A DNA stretch of 62,370 nt, counting the filler. It is 6 parts of 6 records of this genome, joined end to end, with 100 filler letters (N's around TTAATTAATTAA, not from the genome) between each part and the next. Parts side by side here need not be neighbours in the genome. Positions count along the whole stretch, not along the records: positions 41,875 to 49,105 come from SRR31147125_18527; positions 49,206 to 56,725 come from SRR31147125_18542; 4 more parts are not named here. One strand, written 5' to 3'. This document shows positions 43,847 through 51,855 of the stretch, piece by piece. The notes beneath the pieces were generated by a model, which had not been told where the DNA came from, made no database searches, and was given only the letters and a program-made list of their open reading frames with translations. The position numbers and the translations under genes are program-made. How positions within the stretch are numbered: the stretch's first letter is position 1; each line of letters begins with the position of its first letter.

Positions 43847-44447
43847 AAATCGCTTACTTCCATCAAAGAATCCTTGTGAGCAAATTGTTGTAACGCCATT
43901 GTTAAATCCAGTAAAACAAATAGGTCCATGCAGTATAGATATTAGACTTGGGAAACAATTTATAATTTTTAATGAGCAGATTCAAGATACATTTGAACCG
44001 ACAAAAGAGAAAAACTTAGAAGAACTAAAAAAGTATCAAGATGAAGTTGTTGTTCCCTTTGGACACTGCATCATTCTACATCCTGGAAAATTACTAATTG
44101 CAGGTTCATTAGAATATGTAGCCATTCCATTAGATTTAGAATGTCAAGTTGAAGGAAGAAGTTCTTGGGCTAGACTCGGATTAATTACAGCTACTGCAAC
44201 AACAGTAGAGCCAGGTTATAAAGGTATAATTACCTTAGAATTAAGCAATACTGGAAAAATACCGATGAAGTTATTTCCAGGATTACGAATTGCACAACTA
44301 ATATTCCATAGAATCGAGAAAGAAACCGCAAATAGTTATAAAATAGATTCAAAGAAAAAATACAAATATTGCATTGGACCAGGCATCAGTAGAATACATC
44401 ATGATACAGATCTTGACTATTTTTCCCAACAATCAACTCATAATTGA
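43821..44447 (+). CDS. dcd: dCTP deaminase (trimeric dUTPase fold)
   Basis: SIDIRLG, EGRSSWARLGL, VEPGYKGIITLELSNTG, PGLRIAQL; SD AGGAG; overlaps the upstream gene by 26 nt. Confidence 0.9.
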   Translation: MTLSKQEIENRLLPSKNPCEQIVVTPLLNPVKQIGPCSIDIRLGKQFIIFNEQIQDTFEPTKEKNLEELKKYQDEVVVPFGHCIILHPGKLLIAGSLEYVAIPLDLECQVEGRSSWARLGLITATATTVEPGYKGIITLELSNTGKIPMKLFPGLRIAQLIFHRIEKETANSYKIDSKKKYKYCIGPGISRIHHDTDLDYFSQQSTHN

Positions 44448-45346
44448 ACTTTGTTACCAAAATAAGTATCATTGTAATCAATATTTTGAAGATCCAAACT
44501 TGTTTTTAGATGTTTCAAATTTGCCTCTGCAAAATTGTCTATAGTATCTGTATCATTTAAAAGCATGTTTACAAAATCAACAGACCTTGTCATATTTGAA
44601 TATATCAATCTTAAGAAGAGTGAATATCCTTTTGATTCATCATATTCGTGTATCATTTTATACCGAAAATCAGAAAATAATATATCTTTGAGAATTAAAT
44701 ATGTAGAGAAAAACTGAAAATATATTTCTATTTCATTCTTCTCTAAAATAAAATTGAAAAAATCGTCACCATATTTTGAGATTTTTGTTGACAGAAGTAT
44801 AGATAAAATTGTTTTTGCATCCCTACCTAAACTAGGGTTCATCAAGGATTCATATACATATTCTTCTAGTTCATCCTCTAATACCTGATATTGACAATTA
44901 TATAAGTAATTAATACCAGAAAGTTTGATTTCAGGTTCATCAGAGTAAAGATTACTAATTGCATCAGTTTTATTATAGTTTTCCTGGCTTTTTAATGTTT
45001 CAATAATTCTGTTCTTAGCATAATCTTCTATATTTTTTTCCATTTCTATTATTCTAGTCTCGATTTCACTTACAGGCTTAATTCCAAAGAGGTATGTAAT
45101 CAGTGGAAGAACAATACTCAATAATGACAAGAAGCCTATAAGTATTGTCATTATATCTATATAATTTTCAAATTTTCGAACATATTCATTCTCTATTTTC
45201 AGTAAGGTATTATTATATGACTCTTCCAAATCTGAGACTTTTTCAATTATTCTCGATTCAAAATATTGTTGATCTTTCTTCTTATCTGAAGAGATCTGAA
45301 AGACTACAAAACTCAAGAGCAATACCAAAAAAAACTTTTTTTTCAT
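44438..45346 (-). CDS. Hypothetical membrane protein (N-terminal hydrophobic segment, coiled coil, TM, helical C-terminal domain)
   Basis: 302-aa ORF with GGAG SD; TM IMTILIGFLSLLSIVLPLITYLFGI. Confidence 0.7.
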   Translation of the reverse strand: MKKKFFLVLLLSFVVFQISSDKKKDQQYFESRIIEKVSDLEESYNNTLLKIENEYVRKFENYIDIMTILIGFLSLLSIVLPLITYLFGIKPVSEIETRIIEMEKNIEDYAKNRIIETLKSQENYNKTDAISNLYSDEPEIKLSGINYLYNCQYQVLEDELEEYVYESLMNPSLGRDAKTILSILLSTKISKYGDDFFNFILEKNEIEIYFQFFSTYLILKDILFSDFRYKMIHEYDESKGYSLFLRLIYSNMTRSVDFVNMLLNDTDTIDNFAEANLKHLKTSLDLQNIDYNDTYFGNKVQL

Positions 45347-45445
45347 AAGAACTCCATATATTGGATTTATTAAGGCCTATTGAACGATAGTTTAATTTGT
45401 TTTATATATCCTTCATGGGAAATTTTACTATCCATCATTCTGAGA

Positions 45446-45808
45446 TTATTTCTTAACCTCTGCCAAAGACTCAGTATGATAAAGTTCTATCATACCCTGG
45501 ATTTTCATTCTTCGATCTTGATCTAGATGTGAGTAACTCAATACTGATTCCCTAAACTCCCTATCATGATCCATTAATCCTTCAAATCGCATATCTTTCT
45601 TAAGAGGAGAGCATCCATTGATAAGATCTTCTACTGTCGTGTCGAGTGACCGAGCGATTCTGACTGCTCGATCAGCAGGAGGATAACGGTCTTGTTTAAT
45701 CCAAGAATAAACGGTGCCCTTACTAACTCCCACACGTCTTGCCAAGTCTGCCTGAGTTAATGATAACTCTTTAAGCCGTTTCATAACTGTCAACCAAAAT
45801 ACATTCAT
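45446..45808 (-). CDS. XRE/CI-like HTH repressor
   Basis: LTQADLARRVGVSKGTVYSW...IARSLDTTVEDL; start moved to ATG 45808. Confidence 0.88.
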   Translation of the reverse strand: MNVFWLTVMKRLKELSLTQADLARRVGVSKGTVYSWIKQDRYPPADRAVRIARSLDTTVEDLINGCSPLKKDMRFEGLMDHDREFRESVLSYSHLDQDRRMKIQGMIELYHTESLAEVKK

Positions 45809-45910
45809 ACCACTATTATCGCATAGTGCGCATTTGAACACTATTTTTTTAATAAAAATATTGACAAGTCTGCATATGAGCGCTATACATATAGCAGGAG
45901 TGCTCATATG
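45809..45910. promoter_or_regulatory. Divergent promoter/operator switch region
   Basis: TTGACA at 45861 (+); extended -10 TGCGATAAT (-) 6 nt before the repressor ATG; three CACTAT/ATAGTG half-sites; CATATGAGC/GCTCATATG inverted repeat. Confidence 0.65.
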
Positions 45911-46105
45911 AACGCTAGGAAGCAGCTAAATGTATCCCTCCCAGAAGCGATTTATAGATATGCAACTGGTCAGGCAAAGCTTTCAGGAATGTCAATTAAA
46001 GAATTTGTTCAAAAGGCTCTTGTAGCTTATGGCAAACAGTGTGAATCAGAACGAGCGTGTGAAGTGGAAATCATAGAACTTCAGTTACAGGAGAAAAACC
46101 AATGA
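45908..46105 (+). CDS. Ribbon-helix-helix-like small DNA-binding protein (Cro position)
   Basis: KQLNVSLP beta-strand, then helix-GMS-helix; SD AGGAG. Confidence 0.7.
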   Translation: MNARKQLNVSLPEAIYRYATGQAKLSGMSIKEFVQKALVAYGKQCESERACEVEIIELQLQEKNQ

Positions 46106-46467
46106 CAGATATATTAGAGAAATCTGATCTTGTAGATTTCGAAAAACGTCTCATGAGCTATCTGGAAATGATCACGGCAGAGCCAATGAAACAATGGTTC
46201 TCCATGGAAGATCTGGCAAACCTAAGGCAATGCTCAACCTCCGAATTATATAAGAATGCCGAAGTACTACCTCATTTTGGTATTCCTGAGGACCGCTGGG
46301 GACGGACTCCCGTATGGAGCAGAACCACTGTAAAGGATTGGCTGCTGAGAACTCGTAAAGAGCTGGAGATCCTGGCAACAGCCCGGACTCCAGATGAAAT
46401 TGAAAAAGCAGAAATGTTACGGGCAGCGGCATCTGTTCGTAATGGCAATATAGCACTGGTGAAATAG
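46102..46467 (+). CDS. Hypothetical phage early protein, possibly excisionase-like HTH
   Basis: ATGA-coupled; WFSMEDLANLRQCSTSELY...PVWSRTTVKDWL. Confidence 0.55.
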   Translation: MTDILEKSDLVDFEKRLMSYLEMITAEPMKQWFSMEDLANLRQCSTSELYKNAEVLPHFGIPEDRWGRTPVWSRTTVKDWLLRTRKELEILATARTPDEIEKAEMLRAAASVRNGNIALVK

Positions 46468-46547
46468 GAGGTGACATAGAAATAGAAAACTTAATACAAA
46501 TCCCCCTTTGCTGGAGCTTATGACAAGGCGGCTTCAGCACAAAATCA

Positions 46548-46630
46548 GGATCGGTTGTTCATGGTGCGCAACAGGTTTCAACTTCCCCCCTGAGGTTGAA
46601 TCCTTGCAGGTTCGAATCCTGTACGATCCA
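46548..46630 (+). ncRNA. tRNA-like RNA element 1 (non-canonical)
   Basis: Acceptor GGATCG/CGATCC+A; T-arm GCAGG-TTCGAAT-CCTGT; D-arm GTT/AAC with GG; extended middle stem TTCAACTTC/GAGGTTGAA with CCCCCT loop. Confidence 0.65.
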
Positions 46631-46664
46631 TATTTATTTCAAATACAGGTAGGAGAGAGCCAAT

Positions 46665-46952
46665 ATGAACAAGAGAATAATTGATCCTGAATTACTGAAT
46701 CGTGTTGAGGAATGGATAAACGAATCTTCTGAAGTAAACAAAGGGATTGAACAGCTCAGAGAGAAAAGAAAAAACATCATCCAGGATCTTTACACCATCC
46801 TCGGAAACTATGGTTTTAAAATACTGGGAATCAAAGACCCCTGGAATTTCAAAAACGGCACTGTAGATCCCATGTCACCCATCACTTTTCATGTAATTCC
46901 TGAAACACTGGATCCGGATAAAAAGCCCGATGAAAAGGAACTCAATGTTTAA
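46665..46952 (+). CDS. Hypothetical protein
   Basis: SD AGGAGAG; 95 aa, helical/coiled-coil character. Confidence 0.7.
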   Translation: MNKRIIDPELLNRVEEWINESSEVNKGIEQLREKRKNIIQDLYTILGNYGFKILGIKDPWNFKNGTVDPMSPITFHVIPETLDPDKKPDEKELNV

Positions 46953-47066
46953 GAAAAGCAAATAACCTCCTGTTGATTGGTTTGTGGTGATTCATTCTCA
47001 TGAGGTATTGACTGGATATCCTGCCGGAGATTCTTCCGGCCTATTTTTCCAAGAACTTTATGTATC

Positions 47067-47133
47067 GGGCAGGAAGGTGCCTTGGAGGTTTATCTCCTTT
47101 TCCTCTAAGAGGGTTCAATCCCCTCCCTGCTCA
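47067..47133 (+). ncRNA. tRNA-like RNA element 2 (minimal)
   Basis: Acceptor GGGCAGG/CCTGCTC+A; T-arm GAGGG-TTCAATC-CCCTC; reduced D and anticodon regions. Confidence 0.55.
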
Positions 47134-47266
47134 TAACAGAAGCCTGACCAGCTTCTACCGTGCGACACCTGCCCCGGAACGGAGTTTCCGGTGTGGACGG
47201 GTCAAGAGTGGTGTGACTGTCTTGAGAGCGAGGCATAAATAAATATTCATTCATGTGAGGTCAAAC

Positions 47267-47479
47267 ATGGAAACAACAGAAATCTCCTGCGGGTTCCTGT
47301 TCGTCAAGAACGGAGAAACAGTCCCTTGCGGCCAACAGGCCACCCATTACCATGAGGATATTCCCCTCTGCCCTAAATGTACGGAGTACGCCCAGCATAT
47401 CGGATTAAAAACACATCCGATAACCGAGGAGTTTAACCGGAATTGTGAGGACAACGCAAAGGAGGCCGTAACCGCATGA
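47267..47479 (+). CDS. Small Cys-rich putative zinc-binding protein
   Basis: C...PCG...LCPKC; SD GAGGT; ATGA overlap with parA. Confidence 0.6.
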   Translation: METTEISCGFLFVKNGETVPCGQQATHYHEDIPLCPKCTEYAQHIGLKTHPITEEFNRNCEDNAKEAVTA

Positions 47480-48240
47480 AAGTGATCACATTCAGCTCTA
47501 TCAAAGGAGGAACAGGAAAATCATCTTGTTCCATCATGACAGCCAACTATCTGGGACAGTGCGGAAAGAGGATTCTCTGTATTGATCTTGATATCCAGAA
47601 CAGTCTGACCTTCTACTACGGAGAAAATCCCGATCTTCTGGAAACCAATACCATAGCAGAGGCCCTTCATAAAGGAGACCTTAAAGGGAATATCATTCCC
47701 ACCGGTCGGAAGAACATCGATTTCATCCCCTCTTCCTTTAATCTAGTCAACCTTAGAGCCATCAGCCCCTATAGTTTGATGAAACTGCTTCATCAGATCT
47801 CAGATCAGTATGATTACTGCCTGATAGATACGGCCCCGACCTGGGATAACATCACATTGAACGCACTTCATGCTGCCGATCAGATCATTACTCCGGTCCT
47901 TCTCTCTCAGTGGGACTGGAAAGGAGCAGTGTTCTTCCGTAATCAGATCATGCAGGACCTGGGAGAGCATGTTCTTGAAAATTGGAAACTCCTTTTCAAT
48001 GGCTGGAAGATTCCACGGACTGAGAACCCGGAAAATCTGAGCAATCAGCATCTGGCGCTCTTCAAATCCGATTTCGATAACATTCTTCATATACGGATTC
48101 CCGAAACCATGATGGTCAAGAAGCATCTGGATACGGATGAAAAAATCACCATGGCACGGGACAAGAAGAGACTGTACATCGCTATACAGTTTCTCTGTGA
48201 AGCCCTGACTGGTGATCTTATGGATGCCGGAGCCTTCTGA
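47476..48240 (+). CDS. parA: ParA-family partition ATPase
   Basis: KGGTGKS deviant Walker A, IDLDIQNSLT, LIDTAP. Confidence 0.92.
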   Translation: MKVITFSSIKGGTGKSSCSIMTANYLGQCGKRILCIDLDIQNSLTFYYGENPDLLETNTIAEALHKGDLKGNIIPTGRKNIDFIPSSFNLVNLRAISPYSLMKLLHQISDQYDYCLIDTAPTWDNITLNALHAADQIITPVLLSQWDWKGAVFFRNQIMQDLGEHVLENWKLLFNGWKIPRTENPENLSNQHLALFKSDFDNILHIRIPETMMVKKHLDTDEKITMARDKKRLYIAIQFLCEALTGDLMDAGAF

Positions 48241-49079
48241 TGGCAAAGAAACTCACAGTTTCAACGAATGCAGGGAAACGGAATATAACAGGAGGGGAAT
48301 CTCTCTCCCAGTTAACCGAAAAACTTCGGGATCTGAAAAATCGGGTTCCGGTTTCCGTACCGGTAGACACAATTCCCACCGGCGAACCTTTTGTGAACCT
48401 TTTTCCCATTCAGGAAAAGAACAAGAACGCCATCATGGAATCAATCCAGGCAAACGGGTTTGATGATAAGAAGGCCCTGATTGTCGGAGTATTCCCGGAC
48501 GGAAAGAACCTTCTTATCGACGGTCATACACGATTGGCGGCGTCCAAAGCCCTGTCCCTTCCGGAAGTCCCTCTCTGGTATCAGGAGTTCTCTTCTGTTG
48601 ATCAGGCGGTTGACTGGGCGCTCCATGAACAGATTGATCGGAGGAATCTCACAGATGCTGAGATTTATGAGTACGTACTGAAGGTGGATCAGACCGCCGT
48701 CAAAGGAACAAGGTTTGATGATGGATATAAAGGAAAAACGGCAGCCCGAACAGCTCAGATCATCGGGATTTCCCGGGGGCGGGTGGAAAAGATCAGGACT
48801 GTTAAGAAACGGGCTTCTGAGACTCAGAAAAAGGAACTCAGCACAGGTCAGAAATCTCTTAATCGAGTCTATGAAGAGGTAAAGGAAAAGAAAGCCACAG
48901 ATGAGGCTAAAACGGAACGGGATTGGCAGATTGAAATCCGGGGAGCATCGATATCACTGATCCGCAAGAATCAGGTGATCCCATTGGTTAATTGTAAATC
49001 CATGGTGGAACTCTATGACGGCGCTCCCCTCTCCCAGATCCGGAGAGAAGTTGAAAAATGGATGGTCAAGGTCCTGTAA
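48240..49079 (+). CDS. parB: ParB-like partition protein
   Basis: ESIQANG, LIDGHTRL, RRNLT, HTH TAQIIGISRGRVEK; overlaps the parA stop. Confidence 0.85.
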   Translation: MAKKLTVSTNAGKRNITGGESLSQLTEKLRDLKNRVPVSVPVDTIPTGEPFVNLFPIQEKNKNAIMESIQANGFDDKKALIVGVFPDGKNLLIDGHTRLAASKALSLPEVPLWYQEFSSVDQAVDWALHEQIDRRNLTDAEIYEYVLKVDQTAVKGTRFDDGYKGKTAARTAQIIGISRGRVEKIRTVKKRASETQKKELSTGQKSLNRVYEEVKEKKATDEAKTERDWQIEIRGASISLIRKNQVIPLVNCKSMVELYDGAPLSQIRREVEKWMVKVL

Positions 49080-49080
49080 A

Positions 49081-49100
49081 AGATCCGGTTTCCCGGATCT
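49081..49100. repeat. 8-bp inverted repeat directly after parB (parS candidate or hairpin)
   Basis: AGATCCGG-TTTC-CCGGATCT. Confidence 0.5.
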
Positions 49101-49105
49101 CGAAA

Positions 49106-49205
49106 NNNNNNNNNNNNNNNNNNNNNNNNNNNNNNNNNNNNNNNNNNNNTTAATTAATTAANNNNNNNNNNNNNNNNNNNNNNNNNNNNNNNNNNNNNNN
49201 NNNNN
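49106..49205. other. Artificial contig linker
   Basis: N44-TTAATTAATTAA-N44. Confidence 0.98.
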
Positions 49206-49340
49206 AAAAAAATAACCCGAAAACAGGCAATTAAAAAAGTTGGCTTAACTGCACTTACCACATCAACCTTATTTATTCTGGAATCTAAAGCAAGATCTGG
49301 AACTTCTGCTGGAAGAATCGCCGACAGTGACGATAAGTAA
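49206..49340 (+). CDS. Precursor-like peptide 1 (5'-truncated; absent from the ORF track)
   Basis: KKITRKQAIKKVGLTALTTSTLFILESKARSGTSAGRIADSDDK*; leader homologous to peptides 2 and 3. Confidence 0.8.
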   Translation, partial: KKITRKQAIKKVGLTALTTSTLFILESKARSGTSAGRIADSDDK

Positions 49341-49607
49341 TATTGTAGAATTTGTTAATTTCGGTTGGCGGTAATTATAATTTTAATTTTTTTTGAGTGT
49401 TTTATTGTGCTTAATCTCGTTCAACTTTATTAATCAAAGCTGTTACATTATAAGTACTTCTATTTAGTACTTAATATTGTACTAAGATTCCCAAAATGGA
49501 AAAATATCTACGCTTTTCATAGTTAAATATATTAGTAACGGGCGTCAATTGGAATTTTGTCCGATATTTGTTGTATTCATTTAAACTCTCAAATAATCAC
49601 AATAAAA

Positions 49608-49829
49608 ATGGAAAAAGGGAAGAAAATAACCAGTAAAGAGGCAATAAAGAAAGCTGGTGTAACAGCACTTGCAGCTTCAACTTTAACGTTACTGGATACC
49701 AAGGCTGCTAGTGCGTGCTCTGGTGTTAATGCAAATGGTACTGCTGGTCAAGGTAATCAGAACCAGAATCAGAACCAGAATCAGAACCAAAACCAAAATC
49801 AGAACGGGAACGGTTGGGGTAGACCTTAA
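49608..49829 (+). CDS. Precursor-like peptide 2 (73 aa) with (NQ)8 tail
   Basis: MEKGKKITSKEAIKKAGVTALAASTLTLLDTKAASACSG...GWGRP. Confidence 0.85.
   Translation: MEKGKKITSKEAIKKAGVTALAASTLTLLDTKAASACSGVNANGTAGQGNQNQNQNQNQNQNQNQNGNGWGRP
49755..49805 (+). repeat. Coding hexamer tandem repeat AAYCAR (Asn-Gln x8)
   Basis: AATCAGAACCAG units read directly. Confidence 0.9.
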
Positions 49830-50272
49830 ACGGTTATTGATTTATTAACGGTAATTATTTGCAGGCGATAATAAAAACATTTAAAAGGTTTTGTTATTGC
49901 CTGTGTTTTTTTATTAATACTGGAACAATCCAATTTATTTTAACATTGAATAATTAGCATCTCTGACCGATGTTAAAAATAGAAAAGTGGTTCTCAATAA
50001 AAAGGTTGCTGATGTTTAGGTAATTGAGTTTAATAACTCCGATTCGTTTGTCTTGCTTAAATTACTATTATTTTCTTTAAAGCATGAGAGCTATACCTGC
50101 TTCGGCAGGTGCCAAGTCTGTAGTTTAAAAATTAGGTTCTTGTCTGAATGTAATTGAAATATTCAGGTGTTATTTATTTTATAAATTATAATCTCTTTTG
50201 AATGGTTTAATAATCAGTTGGGTAGTACTTGTTAAAATTAACTTATGTTTATATCTTGATGTTGGAATTGAA

Positions 50273-50287
50273 TTCCCAGATTGGGAA
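50273..50287. promoter_or_regulatory. Palindromic operator candidate (second copy at 49488-49502)
   Basis: TTCCCA-GAT-TGGGAA; TTCCCA-AAA-TGGAAA at the equivalent position upstream of peptide 2. Confidence 0.55.
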
Positions 50288-50394
50288 AATATAAATGCTA
50301 TTCATAATTAAATATTGAAATAACTTGATTTTAATTGGAGTTTAGTCGATATTTGTTATCAATTATTAAAACTCTCAATAAATTGCAATTTAAA

Positions 50395-50592
50395 ATGGAA
50401 AAAGGGAAGAAAATATCAAGAAAAGAGGCTATTAAAAAAGTTGGTGTATCGGCACTTGCAACATCTACTTTAGTTTTTCTTGAAACCAAAGCAGCAAGTG
50501 CATGTTCTGGAACAAAACCCGGAGAGATACCGATGCCACCACCACCTCTTCCGCCACCACCTCCACAACAACCACGACCACCAAAACCTTAA
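50395..50592 (+). CDS. Precursor-like peptide 3 (65 aa) with polyproline tail
   Basis: MEKGKKISRKEAIKKVGVSALATSTLVFLETKAASACSGTKPGEIPMPPPPLPPPPPQQPRPPKP. Confidence 0.85.
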   Translation: MEKGKKISRKEAIKKVGVSALATSTLVFLETKAASACSGTKPGEIPMPPPPLPPPPPQQPRPPKP

Positions 50593-50713
50593 TTCGAAAA
50601 AAGAATTTTTTACATATTGATGACTAAATTGTGAAACACAGTTTAGTCATCGTGTTTTTAGGACTTGTACAAAAGCTTATTGGAAAATTACAAAACATAA
50701 ACATGTATATATT

Positions 50714-51855
50714 GTGGATAAACTTATGCCCTCCCGGAATGCAACGGTAAGCATTAATATTGATGGTACGCAACTTATTTGGTTTAAAAACTCCGGTTCA
50801 TTTGTTTTAATGGAAGAACCTGCATACAATGTTCTTCAACTACAACAAGAGAATAAGACGCTCAGTGAAATTGTAGAATATTGTAGTGAGAAATATGGGC
50901 ATCTTGAAGCTGATATTGCAGGATTTGTTCATGAAATTACCGAGTATATTAAGCAGTTGAATACAAATAGTCTAAAAGATTTCTCGAATAATGAGAAGGA
51001 AATGCCTGGTTGTAATCAAGCAACATGCGAAGAAGTTTATTATAAATTCGGGGAAAAGGTAATTTCGATTATTTATAGCAATGTTTATTTAAAAGAGCAG
51101 ATTCATTATCTATTCCAACATCTGGAAATATCGCAGGGACACTCAGACTATCGAATTGAGCTTTCTGAAAATGATGAACGTTTGTATTTTCAGGATATGG
51201 AGCAAAAAATTACAAGTTTCCATAGCAATGAAATTGAGTATTTTAAAGGAGCAATTCTTAAATATTTATGTGCTTTAATTCACGATAAAAATCCAGATAA
51301 ATGGATGATGACAATACATGCTTCCGGAATAATTAAAAATAACGATGCTGTATTATTTGTGGCGAGCGAAGGCAGTGGAAAAAGTACTGTGTCGGCTTTG
51401 TTGCAAACGTTTGGTTATACAAATTTATCTGACGACCTTGTTGTGGCAGACAGTAATGCAAAAGTATATCCATTCCCCGCCGGAATATCAGTGAAGAAGG
51501 GTGCGTTTAACATTATTGCTCAGTATTATCCCGAAGTTTTAAATCAAAAGGTTAACAAGAATCACGTAAAACCTGCCAGGTTTATTCCAAATCACAATTG
51601 CGATGGTGAAGTTGGTAAGGGATATGAAATTAAAGCGGTGGTTTTTGTTGATTATAATCCTAACGAAGAACAAGAATTCAGACTACTTGATACTAAAAGT
51701 AGTATTCCCCGATTTTTAAAAGAAACGTGGATTAATCCTGACGAAAAGAATATATCGAACTTTTTAATTGGATTTCGGGTGCCGATTTTTATGAAATGAG
51801 ATATTTCGATATAAAACAAGTTGAAAAGAATATCTCAGGTATATTTGAAGGATGA
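50714..51855 (+). CDS. PqqD/RRE-like domain fused to an HPr-kinase-like P-loop kinase (apparent 1-nt deletion at T5 51761-51765)
   Basis: N-terminal strand-strand-strand-helix pattern (LIWF...FVLMEEPAYNVL...TLSEIVEYCSEKY); IHASG, ASEGSGKST, LSDD; restoring one T extends the ORF to a TGA overlapping the next ATG. Confidence 0.75.

Larger units (their letters stand above)
41875..49105. mobile_element. Fragment of a temperate phage/plasmid-prophage or ICE: cargo genes, genetic switch, early genes, parA-parB
   Basis: Divergent XRE-HTH repressor and small DNA-binding ORFs, ParA/ParB pair, AT-rich cargo on the repressor side; no structural genes, integrase or rep visible. Confidence 0.7.

Noticed and set aside
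9467-44447. Two cytosine-nucleotide deaminases in one window as a joint system
   Set aside because: Different contigs and organisms; the dCMP deaminase sits in a housekeeping operon and lacks the kinase-like domain of defensive dCTP deaminases
46875-46971. Minus-strand AGGAGG plus TTG giving a 28-aa hydrophobic peptide (type I toxin-like)
   Set aside because: SD spacing is only 4 nt and it is antisense to a Lys/Glu-rich coding end, which yields hydrophobic shadows by default
46548-47133. Functional decoding tRNA genes
   Set aside because: Neither element has a 5-bp anticodon stem with a 7-nt loop; reported as tRNA-like RNAs instead
49608-50592. Precursor peptides as ordinary lipoproteins (ASAC lipobox)
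   Set aside because: Weak lipobox with charged residues in the would-be h-region, and peptide 1 has Thr instead of Cys; not fully excluded
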